The notes beneath the pieces are model-generated. The model had not been told where the DNA came from. It searched no databases and saw only the letters and a list, made by a program, of their open reading frames with translations. Below are positions 27,713 to 40,240 of a stretch of 64,000 bases of DNA, in pieces. This DNA comes from Macrostomum lignano. Its lineage: Eukaryota. The stretch spans positions 454,892 to 518,891 of the forward strand of contig NIVC01000516.1 of the NCBI GenBank assembly GCA_002269645.1, read 5' to 3'. The position numbers and the translations under genes are program-made. The first letter of the stretch is position 1, and each line of letters opens with the position of its first letter.

Positions 27713-28161
27713 AGTTTTCTAAACAAAGCTCTACAAATATCACTAGAGCTATAAGAAAGGCACAACATATCAAACGGTGAACATTGTGTCTGCCTCCTAT
27801 CAAAAGCAAGAACATTTTTTGTGCTGTAAAAATGAAGCCCTCCAATCTCCATGATGTATTTTTTTCGATAAATTTTTTCCCAAGAAACCCAGTTTCCTGA
27901 CCTACTTGAGTTGTCCTTGTGTAGCATCAAACGATTTTTGCTAATATATTTTTGAAGTATGTAAATTGTCTTGTTTTAATGCATTCGTTCGGAAGAGAAG
28001 TCGAATTATCAGATACATTTTCTCTGAAAGACTGGGGCCTGTCCTTAGAGTATAAGAAGAACTTGACAGAGCTCTAGCCAATAAGCTCCCGAAGGCCTGT
28101 CGGGGATAAATTGATAGGGGGGCTGTGGGGGAGCAGTTAGGCAGAGAAGCTCAGCGCAGTC

Positions 28162-28464
28162 ATGAACAGCAGAGCGGGCAACTGGTTCCGGCACCGCAAA
28201 GTGTCAGCTCCAGCGCCGACCCCCTCCTCTCACTCCGCCTCTCCGCGCCGCCGACTTCCGCAGGCGTCCCCGGTGCTCGGTTCGTCTACGGCCGCTTCTG
28301 CCGCCGCCGCAGCTTCAGCCGCCTGCGACGATGACGCTGAGAACGAAGAGGAACCGACTGCGGCGGCTGAAGACGTCAAAAGCGTCAAGGCCAACGCCGC
28401 CGCCTCCACCTCCGCCGCCTCGGTGGCTCCGCCGGCGCACGCACTGTTTCTGCGACATCGCGGG
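28162..28464 (+). CDS. RGS gene, proximal first coding exon (Ala-rich)
   Basis: ATG 28162, donor GGG|gtgaga in phase 0, 186-nt intron to the acceptor at 28651. Confidence 0.65.
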
Positions 28465-28650
28465 GTGAGATTCTCGCTGCCTCTCTCGTCAGGAGAGGCC
28501 CGCTGTACACCCGAATGTCCTCATTACAGATTAAGCTACTCTAAGCAACTTCTGCCATAGACAATTGGGGAGATTCTGCATTGTTTCAGTGTGATATTAA
28601 AATGTGTACTTTATAAATTACATCAAGTACTTCATGTGCCTTTGCCGTAG

Positions 28651-28820
28651 TCGCGAGCTCCAGAATGGTCGGCCGCAGCCTACGAGGGCCGGGGCAGCCT
28701 CGGCAGCGGGGACTTCGCGAATGAGGTTCGCCGACTATCGTCCTGCTCGCAGTTCGAGGAGTCGCGTCGGGGTTCCAGCGATCTGCAGCAGAAGGCGGCA
28801 AAGGCTAAGAAGAAGAGCAT
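28651..28820 (+). CDS. RGS gene, internal exon
   Basis: Acceptor ccgtag|TCG, donor AT|gtgag. Open frame SRAPEW...KAKKKS in phase with the next exon. Confidence 0.75.
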
Positions 28821-28869
28821 GTGAGCTGATTCTGGATGATGATGCTGGATAATGAAATATAGTGCGTCT

Positions 28870-29158
28870 AGCAAGGATAGATCTAGTGCATTTTGCTGTA
28901 GGATAGATGTAGTGCATATGACAAGGATAGATGTAGTGCATTTTGCAAGGATAGATTTAGTGCATTTTGCAAGAATAGATCTAGTGCAAATAGCAAGGAT
29001 AGATCTAGTGCAAATAACAAGGATAGATCTAGGGAAAATAGCAAGGATAGATCTAGTGCAAATAACAAGGATAGATCTAGTGCAAATAACAAGGATAGAT
29101 CTAGTGCAAATAACAAGGATAGATCTAGTGCAAATAACAAGGATAGATCTAGTGCATC
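28870..29158. repeat. 24-bp minisatellite
   Basis: Unit aaggatagatctagtgcaaataac. Confidence 0.93.
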
Positions 29159-29626
29159 CGGTAAGAGCCCTTAATCATGGTTTTCTGTGTTGTTCTGTGA
29201 AACAACTAGTTGAAACAATTTCGGCTACTTTTGCAATTTTTATATCAAAATTTTGACTGCCGTTGCAGACTGCCAACTCAAACTGTCCTCAATTTCAGCT
29301 CCAAAAGCAGGGCAGCACCCAGACCCTTGGCTTGACTTAGAATAGCAGCTACCAACTCATTTCCTTTGAGACCATGGACAGAAGAATCCGCATCAGTTGG
29401 CGGGATTAAAGTGGGCCAGAGGAAAGACAGGTTGACACTTCTGAATTCGGGAATTCCCAGACTGCAGCAGAGGGATCCCTCCCTGCCCTGTCCATGGACT
29501 CCCCCTCAGTCCCAGTGGTCCCTGAATAATTCAGTAGCTAGTGGATTGCAAGCCGCAAAAATGCTAGATGGTTTCTGTTTCATTAGCCGAGCGCGTCTCA
29601 CGGGATTTCCGCGGATTTACTTGCAG

Positions 29627-29775
29627 AGGCGAAAAGTTCGGCTTCTTGTCGAGAAGGTCGACGGATACGACGGCTGCGTTGGAGAAGTCGTCCAGCCTGC
29701 GGCCGAATTTCAAGCCCTCGTCGGATCAGGTGCAACGTTGGGGAGCCTCCTTTGACTGCCTGCTGAATGACAAGT
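29627..29775 (+). CDS. RGS gene, exon at the start of the RGS box
   Basis: Acceptor ttgcag|A, donor T|gtaag. Encodes GEKFGFL...KPSSDQVQRWGASFDCLLNDK, like R4-type RGS proteins. Confidence 0.88.
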
Positions 29776-30113
29776 GTAAGGGCCAGTTCTATGCATTGAT
29801 GCTATTGTAGCTATGCCTGACAATTTACTGCAAACAGCAAGTAAAGACGATTTTGCTGTACTGATGGACCGTCACTTTTATACCAGCAGTAGTCATTCTC
29901 AATGGCTTATCTGATATTTCATTGGGGGTTCATGAATATCGAGTTGTATATCGAATCGAGTGAGCTGATGACTGATCTTTTGGCTCTGTACAAAAAGCCT
30001 CAGACGGTATAGCGTTCACTGTCGGGAATTCTGTTATGAATCATATAGTTTCAGGTCAATAAGTTGCATTTTTATGTAACAGATTCAGCTCTCAAAAATT
30101 GATTCGATTACAG

Positions 30114-30280
30114 ACGGCCTCGCCCTATTCAGGGCCTTCCTCAAGACCGAGTACTCGGACGAAAACATCGAATTCTGGATCGCTTGTGAAGAATATCGCG
30201 GCCTAATTGGATTAAAGAAGCAGACGTTGAAGGCGCAGAAGATTTACACGGAATTTGTGGCCTTCCAGGCGCCAAGAGAG
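30114..30280 (+). CDS. RGS domain core exon
   Basis: YGLALFRAFLKTEYSDENIEFWIACEEY hallmark. Acceptor tacag|AC, donor GAG|gtaac. Not in the supplied ORF track because it lacks a start codon. Confidence 0.95.
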
Positions 30281-30964
30281 GTAACTGTTTCGAGATAAGC
30301 ATAGCTTTTGTCTTTGGTGATAGGATGACTTGACCATAGACTATAGAATTGACAAGGAAACGGAGAGGGGACGTTTGACGGGACATTTTAACGCCTGTTT
30401 AAACTAGTGAATGAAGACGCTGTCGTCTTCAAAGGTGGGACGATGTGTTATTTGCTCTTATTCTTTTATGGCCCGATATAAAAACTAACTAAGAAGCTTA
30501 GGCTATATTTGGTTTAGTTGTTGGGTGGAGATGTCAAAGGGGTTGTTGTTGTTGTTAGGTAGGGGTTGCCAAATGTGGGGGGCTCGCCGCCCCCTCACCC
30601 TGGCTTCCGTAAGGCTAGTGGGGGGCTCGCCGCCCCCCACACCCCTGGCCTGGCCAACGCCACACCGACTGTGCTTTATTCTGCTTTGGACGAGGAGCAT
30701 ATGGAGTATGGAGAAGCATACGACTATGAAGCATAGTTAAATGTTTCAAGACAATGTCCTAGCTTCAGCCCAGAGCCACATGTCAGTCATTTCGGCCAAC
30801 GGGGTAACGAATTACAAGAATGTTACTAAAAATTTACTAAAATTATGATTTTTGGCTATATCTTACTCAAACCAAATAAATTGACTCTATTTGCTTTCAA
30901 CCTCCTGTCGGAGCATCAAGCTGCCCGCCATTCCCTCAAGCCGCTGCCAACATCGCAACTGCAG

Positions 30965-31198
30965 GTGAACCTGGACAGCACCACCCGTCTAGCAACCATC
31001 AATGCGATGGGCAGCCCGGACAGTCATTTATTTGAGCAGGCGCAGAAACGAATCCAAGCTCTGATGGAGAAGGACTCTTACCAGCGTTTCCTTCGATCTG
31101 AAGTCTACCAGGCACTGGTGAAGGACGCTCCAACCTCTGCGGCATCGACAGACGAGAACGCTGGCGGCGCCACTGCCGCTCAATCTTCGACCGTTTGA
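30965..31198 (+). CDS. RGS domain terminal exon
   Basis: Acceptor ctgcag|GTG. VNLDSTTR...FEQAQKRIQALMEKDSYQRFLRSEVY, then stop. Confidence 0.95.
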   Translation: MNLDSTTRLATINAMGSPDSHLFEQAQKRIQALMEKDSYQRFLRSEVYQALVKDAPTSAASTDENAGGATAAQSSTV

Positions 31199-32504
31199 AA
31201 CGATTGCAGACTGGCAATTCAAAGGATGAAAACATGGACAACTAAAAGTAGCTGAAGGCCGCGGGCGCTAGATTCGAAAATCATGCACATTTTCCTTGCA
31301 ACTGAGTGTCTTTTGCTTGAGGTTGATCCAACCATTTTTTTCAGAAACGCTATACCTGCAGAGCAAAGCAATCGTACTAAACAAAGTAACTGGAATTTTT
31401 TAAATTCTGACTGGCAACTGACCCTAAACCTAACCTAAATCCTAATTAGCGGGCAGAGCAGCTCATCAGCAAACGCATCTGACTCTCGCGCTGCAACCCC
31501 TTGGTATGATTCCGTGAGCGGCGATTCACAACTCAAGGTCCAACCCCCCAGGCGCAGACAATCAATTAATCATCAATTCACGTTAGGACAAATCGACAAG
31601 AATATGATTCCAGATATATTAGGGTTTTTTGTAATTCAGAAACAAATAAAAAACTATTTTTACACACAAAAATTCGAAAAGCAAATATTTTGTATGCCAC
31701 ATGTACCGTTTGAAGCTTTGTAGCTAGCTACTCAACTAATACATTCTAAAAGTACAATTAATTATGAATGCTGTTCATGAACGTTAAAATTTTAACATTC
31801 TCTTGTTCTGACTTACTGCTAAACGTACTGTTGATTTGAACCTTGGAAAACAGATTCCCAATAGGCGTTATCTCTAATAATAGAATTGCTTTCCTTCATG
31901 GCATGAAACTATGAATTAAATGTTCATTTTGTAATTTCATTTATTTCCATGAATTGCATCAAAAGCTAAAGCTGTTGTAGTTTAAATAGCTTAATTTAAA
32001 AAATGAAAATATTTTTTGAAAGGATGGAATTGACAATTGCTCTTATATACTCGTATATGCTTGTTCAATTTTTAATTATTCACTTACACATGACTTCTAG
32101 TTTGCAGGAACGAAAAAGGCACGCGTTTCCCGTGTTCCCTTAATTAATTTTAACAAACTGATTGACCTTTATTTTATCGGATATATCCTTAAATAATCTC
32201 AAATACCTTTCTACACACCGTTTTTTGGGCGAAATTTAGTTTTTTTTGCTTCTGTTTTATACTGTTTAGTTTTAAATATTGTTTGCTTCAGAGTATAGGT
32301 TAAATTTTACTTCAATAAATCTGGTGTAGCTATGTATAACAAATAGAGGTTAATTCGCAACGACGCAAGATTTAGTTATAATTTGCGATAATTGTTTGAT
32401 ACACTGGATCACGTTGCGATTTAAGCATTTGATTTTTGAAACCAATAAGTATTTAACTGTTGGCCATAGTTGCATTAATCAATCCAACAGTAAGCTTCAT
32501 CTGT

Positions 32505-32884
<380 letters not shown>

Positions 32885-32912
32885 GCTCAGTGCAGTTTGT
32901 ATTCTAGCCAGT

Positions 32913-33353
32913 CTAGTCAGCACTCCAGCCAGTCGGCAGCTTCACACTGCGAAAGGTCAAGTTGCTGGCTGGGCCCGATGTCTGCGGACGCTGAACGAGG
33001 CGCTGACGACAGCCTTCAGCCTCCCTTTCTGGGACAGATTGGTCTACCAGCGCTGTCCTGGAGCCGCCCGCAGTTACTGCCAGCATAGACAGCGACCTGC
33101 TGGCGTAGTAGTCTGTCGCAGGCGAGACTGACGACTGGTCTGTTAAGCTACTGGCAGCGGCGGGCAGTCGCAGTCGAGCCAGACTGTCGCAGAACTCGCG
33201 GACCCGATCGGCGTGTCGAAGTTCGGCCTGGCGGCGCCTGTCCAGCTCCAGCAGCTGCTGGTTGCCAGGCGACCGGTCGGAGGACTCGGCAACTCGGCGT
33301 TCCACAGCTGCCAGCAGCTGGCTGGTGAGCTGCGGACTGCCGCTGCGCCTGCC
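32913..33353 (-). CDS. Unassigned helical protein, exon 2 (253 aa in total)
   Basis: Acceptor cttcag|GGC in phase 0, open to the stop at 32913. The intron is filled by a 17-bp minisatellite and a MITE. Confidence 0.65.
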   Translation of the reverse strand, partial: GRRSGSPQLTSQLLAAVERRVAESSDRSPGNQQLLELDRRRQAELRHADRVREFCDSLARLRLPAAASSLTDQSSVSPATDYYASRSLSMLAVTAGGSRTALVDQSVPEREAEGCRQRLVQRPQTSGPASNLTFRSVKLPTGWSAD

Positions 33354-33517
33354 CTGAAGGTTATTCAAGGACGAGGCCGTTTCATAAGCTCGAAATTTTA
33401 CAACACGATGTCTTCAAAACCCACAACTTAAACGATTGCGATAACACTTATAAAGTTTAAGGCCTGGGATTTTTTCTGTCTCAGACCGGAGAAAATGGAA
33501 TATGAGGAACAGGAAGA

Positions 33518-34783
33518 TAGGGCACAGAGGAGGATGGGGCACAGGATGATGGGGCACAGGGGATGATGGGGCACAGGGGGAGGATGGGGCACAGGGGAGG
33601 ATGAGGCACAGGGGAGGATGGGGCACAGGGGAGGATTGGGCACAGGGGAGGATGGGGCACAGGGGAGGATTGGGCACAGGGGAGGATGGGGCACAGGGGA
33701 GGATGGGGCACAGGGGAGGATGGAGCACAGGGGAGGATGGGGCACAGGGGAGGATGGGGCACAGGGGAGGATGGGGCACAGGGGAGGATGGGGCACAGGG
33801 GAGGATGGGGCACAGGGGAGGATTGGGCACAGGGGAGGATGGGGCACAGGGGAGGATGGGGCAAAGGGGGGATGGAGCCCAGGGGAGGATGGGGCACAGG
33901 GGAGGATGGGGCACAGGGGAGCATGGGGCACAGGGGAGGATGGGGCACAGGGGGAGGATGGGGCACAGGGGGAGGATGGGGCACAGGGGAGGATGGGGCA
34001 CAGGGGAGGATGGGGCACAGGGAAGGATGGGGCACAGGGGAGGATGGGGCACAGGGGAGGATGGGGCACAGGGAAGGATGGGGCACAGGGGAGGATGGGG
34101 CACAGGGGAGGATGGGGCACAGGGGAGGATGGGGCACAGGGAGGATTGGGCACAGGGGAGGATGGGGCACAGGGGAGGATGGGGCACAGGGGAGGATGGG
34201 GCACAGGGGAGGATGGAGCACAGGGGAGGATGGGGCACAGGGGAGGATGGGGCACAGGGGAGGATGGGGCACAGGGGAGGATTGGGCACAGGGGAGGATG
34301 GGGCACAGGGGAGGATGGGGCACAGGGGAGGATGGGGCACAGGGAGGATGGGGCACAGGGGAGGATTGGGCACAGGGAGGATGGGGCACAGGGGAGGATG
34401 GGGCAAAGGGGGGATGGAGCCCAGGGGAGGATGGGGCACAGGGGAGGATGGGGCACAGGGGAGGATGGGGCACAGGGAAGGATGGGGCACAGGGAGGATG
34501 GGGCACAGGGGAGGATGGGGCAAAGGGGGGATGGAGCCCAGGGGAGGATGGGGCACAGGGGAGGATGGGGCACAGGGGAGGATGGGGCACAGGGAAGGAT
34601 GGGGCACAGGGGAGGATGGGGCACAGGGGAGGATGGGGCACAGGGGAGGATGGGGCACAGGGGAGGATGGGGCAAAGGGGGGATGGAGCCCAGGGGAGGA
34701 TGGGGCACAGGGGAGGATGGGGCACAGGGGAGGATGGGGCACAGGGGAGGATGGGGCACAGGGGAGGATGGGGCACAGGGGAG
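33518..34783. repeat. 17-bp G-rich minisatellite
   Basis: Unit ggggcacaggggaggat. Confidence 0.96.
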
Positions 34784-35078
34784 CTGTGGTGAAAAGTGAA
34801 AAGATCAAGCCCATGTCGGTAGGGCTTTTCCCGAGAAACCAGTCTCGAGGTATTTTCTAAAGAAAGAAAGTTTCCCGTCCTTTGTAAACATCCTTTTTCT
34901 CTGAGTACTCGTATCAGTACATGTAATTGATACTGCTGGTGTAGTTATATTAATAGAATTAAAATTCTATGGAGGAATAAAATGTATTATAAAACATATA
35001 AACTCCCAATACCGACAATACCTTTTGCTGTGAAACCGTAGTGTCCTAATCTAGTTGTCCATGGCCTATAGGCAAACA

Positions 35079-35390
35079 CAGGGGCGTCGCCATGCATTTT
35101 ATGGGGGCAGGACAAAGCCAAGAATTCAACGTGTACATGATTACATTCCTACATGTCCATTATTTTGAGAATCGGTGTTGTCAGCGGTCATTTTAGCGCC
35201 GCAGCCACTCTTTTGGCGCCGCAGGCACTCATTTTAGCGCCGAAGGCAATCATTTTAGCGCCGCAGGCACTCATTTTGGTGCCCTTAAGAAAATTTATTG
35301 ATTTCCCTAACGGGTTACTAGGTAGGGAGGAGGGGGACAATGCATTGGCATGTCCCCCATAGCTTTTACTGGGGGGGAGGGGGGAAGCCG
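35079..35390. mobile_element. Same MITE, one end truncated
   Basis: Starts caggggcgtcgccatg. Reverse-complement similarity to 42440-42832. Confidence 0.8.
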
Positions 35391-35416
35391 TAGGTCTTGT
35401 GAAAAAAATGAGTCAC

Positions 35417-35737
35417 CTGCCCCCGCTGCTGGAGCACCATCTGCAGGTCTCGCCGCTCCAGCTCCCGCTCAGCAGGCGTCGCCGAGGCTGCCTGCAGGCG
35501 AAGTCGCCAACGCCTGGCGGTTTCCCGATCGCCGCTTCGTTTCGCCAGCGCCGCTCGCGTGGCCGCCAGGCGCCGATTGTAGCGCCGAAATAGCGCCGCC
35601 TGCTCGGAAGCCACGGCTGCGCTGACAATGGCGCCGGCCCGGGTCAGCTCCGCTAGCCGGTGACGGAGCGCCACATCCTCCTTGAAGTTGGCCAGAGTCG
35701 CCGACTGCTGCTGCTGCCGCTGACGAGTGCCGTCCAT
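35417..35737 (-). CDS. Unassigned helical Arg/Ala-rich protein, exon 1
   Basis: ATG 35737, GC-rich island among repeats, donor CAG|gtgact in phase 0. Confidence 0.65.
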
Positions 35738-36098
35738 ACGGAGAGCTTGTGACTGCCAACTATGGTCCAGCTAGCAAGCGCCGATCTTATAGCTTGGTTG
35801 CGGCATTTTAACCCGGGGTACGAGCGTACATGCATACACTGCTTTCCGAACCTTCTCTCTCCGGACCAAAGCATATACGCTCGTGATGATGTTTGAACAG
35901 CCGAATACCAAAATTATAGCATATCTCAGTCACACTGTTGAAAGCAAAACAAATAAAAGGGAAGCGATGTCAAATAAGGTGCGTCATCAGTGCACAAAAG
36001 CCTAAATTGAAATGAAGACTGGAATAATTAAGCGATAACGAACAACTAGTAGGGATGCGCGAGCTTCATGCATGAAAGACTTTTGAGAAACCCGTGTC

Positions 36099-36372
36099 CC
36101 AGGGGCGTCACAATAGTACGCCCTAGGGACATGCCAATGCTTTGCCCCCCCCCCCACTCCACCTTGTGACCCGTTGTGGCAATCCATAAGTTTTCTCCAG
36201 GGCGCCAAAATATAGCGCCTTTGGCGCCAAAATGTGTCTGCGGCGCCAAAAGGAATGCCTGGGTCGCCAAAATGACTGTCTGCGGCGCCAAAATGACTGT
36301 CTGCGGCGTCAAAATAAGCGCTGACAACACGATTCTCAAAATAATGGAAATGTAGGAATTTAGTCATGTACT
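36099..36372. mobile_element. Same MITE, truncated and diverged
   Basis: caggggcgtc start. gcgccaaaat repeats and the gcgctgacaacac...ctcaaaataatgga segment are shared with 42440-42832. Confidence 0.75.
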
Positions 36373-36376
36373 ACGC

Positions 36377-37530
36377 AGGTCGGATTTTTCCCATAAGCGC
36401 CAGTGTATTCAGTACACCCCTGTGTGCCAATCAGCACTGTGCCTCAGTGCAGCCTTGCCAAGTCTCCAAATTTCATCAGAACGTCGATCACATGTGTCTG
36501 CATCAGCTGTAACTTCGTTGGTCACTAACCTTCACTCGGCGGAGCTTCTGGACCTTTAACAGGTCACACCATGCAGATGACTATTGACATGCGAATTTCT
36601 CTAGTTTCACCGATCAAGCCTCGACAGTGGGCAAGCCTCAACTGCTGGACATCCTCAGCTAGTCTCTCGAGCATTCCGTCATCACCCCGACGCCGTTGGC
36701 TTCTTCAACAGTTGACACCAGGTGACTATGGACACGCTGTTGCGAATTTCTTTGATGTCGCTGACCAGCATCAATATTGGGCAAACTTTAACTTCTGGTC
36801 GTTCTCAGCTTATAGACTATCAAACAGTCTATCATCACCGGACATTATTACGTAAACGTGATGACATAATTTGTTAATTAAACTGTTAATTCAACAGAAT
36901 CTTCGCGAAGAAAAAAATTACAAGAAATTATCCAATTTTCTGTGTGAAATGAAGATCAATTTATAATATACTAAATCCTAATCTTGTCTTAAAAAGTTGC
37001 TAGGATTGTTAAGAAATTAAAAAAATCATCTCTTTTGGGTGTCTTTAGTCGGTTTCGTCTCCTTGAAGGTGCCGACGTCGGCTGAATGACAACCGGATGC
37101 TTGAAAAACTAGTTGAGGATGACCAGCAGTTGAGGTTTGCCCATTATTGAAGCTTGATAAGAAAAATCTGACATATTTGCAACCAGATGTCCACATAATC
37201 GCCTGGTGTAATCTGCTGAAGGTGCCGACGGCGTCGGGGTGATGACGGAATGCTCGAGAGACTAGCTGAGGATATCCAGCAGTTGAGGCTTGATCGGCGA
37301 AACTATAGTGAAATTCGCATCAGGGTGTCCATAGTCACCTGCATGGTGTCACCTGTTGAAGGTCTAGAAGCTCCGCCTGTGTGAAATTTAGGCCACAACT
37401 GATGAAGACACATGTGGTAGACATACTGATGAAATTTGAAGACTTGGCAAGGCTGCACTGAGGCCCAGTGCTGATTGGCGCACAGGGGTGTACTGAATAC
37501 ACTAGCGCTTATGGGAAAAAAATCCGACCT
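36377..37530. mobile_element. Foldback-type element with long inverted arms
   Basis: aggtcggattttt-cccataagcgc at the left and its reverse complement at the right. Arms align for several hundred bp and contain internal subrepeats around an AT-rich spacer. Confidence 0.75.
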
Positions 37531-38153
37531 TCTGGCAGAATCGTCGAATATCTCGACGGTCTGGAGGGCTGGCGACTTGATTCTTGTTTGAGAAGGTGCG
37601 AAACAAAAAATTGGCACGTATTCTTGAATTTCGTGTGCCTGCGTTGCTCCGTTCCGGCGCAGCAAAAAAAATTGTCAGTCCCCCCCTCTTGGTAGTTCTA
37701 CTGTTAATTCGAAAGAACACACAAACTCTAGTAGCTACTTACACTCAGTAAGTAGTCTGCAATAGAAAATTTCATATTTAAAATATTCGAGGATAGAAAA
37801 GTTTCTTGCTTCCCTAGCAAATAAGTCAATCCCAATCCCGAAGTCGCGTGGCGGTTTAGTAGAAAGCAAGCTAATAAAACGGAACAAAAAATCTAAATAT
37901 AGCAGGCCATGGCTAATATCAGCTATTGCGCTGATCAGATGCAACTAACAGCGATATCAAAGCCCAACCCAATCAAAAGGAAGTTCCGTCTTATAGTGAC
38001 ACAGCTTGAGTATATAAATAGGTCTTCTTACTTACTATGCAGTATATATATGAAGTCTAGATTCAACATTGAAAAGTTTCGCTTAAGAACTCATTATCAG
38101 TCAGGAATTTTGCTCGTTTTGTTGTTGCAAACTATTGCTCTACAAAGTCAAGA

Positions 38154-39729
38154 ATGTCATATCACTGCGCGTAAGTAAAAGTAAAAATCTTTGCTGCTTT
38201 TCTCCCAAATATTTGCATTACAATGGTATCATTTTGCTACAGCAGCAAGCTGAGCTTCAGCGAGCAGGACTGTCGCCTTGCACTGCGGAGCTATCTGCGA
38301 CACCGTAAAAAGCTATCTAGCTGCCTAGCTGGGCTGTTGCGCGGCTGCATTCCCGACGGCGAGGTCACAATCTACGGCGTAGAGAATCATCTGGCTTACA
38401 AGGTTAGACAAATTGTATTGTAATTAAGACGATATAAAGAGTAGCACATAAACCTTAGTACATGATAGTTTATTATCGATAGAATTCACTCCTAGTTTGC
38501 GCCCCAACACTTGCATGTACTCAACTAAACACGCATAATTTCCATTATGAAAGTTTTCACAATGAAGTACTGTTATGTGTGAAAATTACAATAATTCCTG
38601 CAGACAACCAATCTATCGCTATTGATACCATGCATGCAGGTTACACTAGAATCCGTTATTGAGCGGCGCAGAAACTATGGCTACTCCATATTCAGTCTAG
38701 CCGAGGCCGATTCAGCCAAACAAGAGCCAAGCGGCCCGGAGACAGGCCGAGAGTTTGATAGCTGCGAAAGAATCGTGAACTGTTTTAGCAAAGCCCAACG
38801 CGAGGCATGCAACCAGTGCAACGGCAGCGGCCTGACAGACTGCAAAGTCTGCAACGCCAGGGGCCACATTGACTGCGACTGCTTGGAGGAATCGTACCTG
38901 CCAGAGCTGCCTTCCGAATCTATCTACGGCCAAGCGCCTTGCGAACTGTGCGACGGATGCACCCACTGCTACGTCTGTTCTCACTGCGATGGCCGACTGC
39001 TGAATAAGTGTAAAGCTTGCGATGGAAAAGGAGACACTATAAATGTGCCTCAAGTCTGGATTACACGGTAACCCATATTAGATTTTAAGTTGCTATAAAG
39101 TTCCCCATTATTCTTGATAATCTTATATTCAACATCAACAAAATCCCCGAAAATCGTTTGAGATTCAATTTAGACTACTAAAAAAGTAGACAAATACAGA
39201 TTTAAATTGTAAAGTCTCTCCCATAACCTGAATGAAAATGTTGCCATAAAAAGAGAGCAACTAAAAAATGTTGGTGCACACCTAGTGTTGGGAGAAGATG
39301 GCCTATGGCTATGTCTGACTAATAAAGGCAAACAAGACAGAAACCTATCTTGGTTTGCCACAAAACATTTTCTGATCAATAGCATTTCACTCTAACTACA
39401 TTTGTAGCACTGTCCAGCATAATTACCATGTGCTGGATCTACCAGACGAATTGGACAAGTCACTAGTGGCACAGGCTGAAGGCTTGCTTCTACAAGATGG
39501 TGGAACAGCAATGAAAGCAATGGAAGCTGAGCTACAAAGAATGCACTCCAAGATGCAATTAATGGCCAATGAAAATATAACACACCAGCGCATAACAAAG
39601 CATTGCATACCTATTGCCAAAGTGCTATATAAATATAGCAAAGGCAAGAAAGGCAAATTCTGGGTGCTGGGCATCTCTGGTGACTTTTGCTATTGTCCTA
39701 ACATTCCTTCAGATTTGTATTTCAGTTAA
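38154..39729 (+). CDS. SSUH2: SSUH2-like CxxCxGxG zinc-finger protein (exons 38154-38170, 38243-38402, 38640-39067, 39408-39729; 308 aa)
   Basis: All introns GT-AG and phase-consistent (927 nt total). Repeated CNQCNGSG / CKVCNARG / CKACDGKG motifs. C-terminal QRIT..CIPI..V.Y.Y..G..WVLG resembles SSUH2. The first micro-exon is inferred. Confidence 0.75.
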
Positions 39730-39982
39730 AATGAACACTGATCAAACATTGAAATATCAGTCAAATGATTCAAACATTTTATAAAGATTTATTAATTATA
39801 ACTTGCCTTTTATATTTGATTTTTTAATTTAATAGTTTCAAAATTGCAACTCATAATTATATATTATATTACATCCTTTTAATCACACAAATACACTTCA
39901 AGACATTGAAAAATGTCTACCTTGATCTAATGAGCCATTTTTCTCTAATTGCAATTGCAATTTACATTAATTGGCTCTACCA

Positions 39983-40240
39983 GGGACTATTTTGGTATTA
40001 TGATAATAAAAGATAAATTTGACTTATACATGCATAATACCCTTGAATTATACTGGCCATGCAACTTGGGACAAGGGACTATTTTGGTATTATGATAATA
40101 AAAGATAAATTTGACTTATACATGCATAATACCCTTGAATTATACTGGCCATGCAACTTGGGACAAGGGACTATTTTGGTATTATGATAATAAAAGATAA
40201 ATTTGACTTATACATGCATAATACCCTTGAATTATACTGG
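39983..40240. repeat. 92-bp tandem repeat, about 2.8 copies
   Basis: gggactattttgg starts at 39983, 40075 and 40167. Confidence 0.93.

Noticed and set aside
26287-27930. 547-aa collagen-like or Pro/Gly-rich ORF and overlapping long ORFs
   Set aside because: Produced by a stop-free 34-bp minisatellite that is open in several frames on both strands, inside an RGS intron.
31422-31445. Telomere-like ccctaaacctaacctaaatcctaa
   Set aside because: Only four imperfect units; too short to call an interstitial telomere or telomere-addition site.
33414-34860. 400-470 aa ORFs in all six frames
   Set aside because: Translation of a 17-bp tandem repeat; no coding asymmetry.
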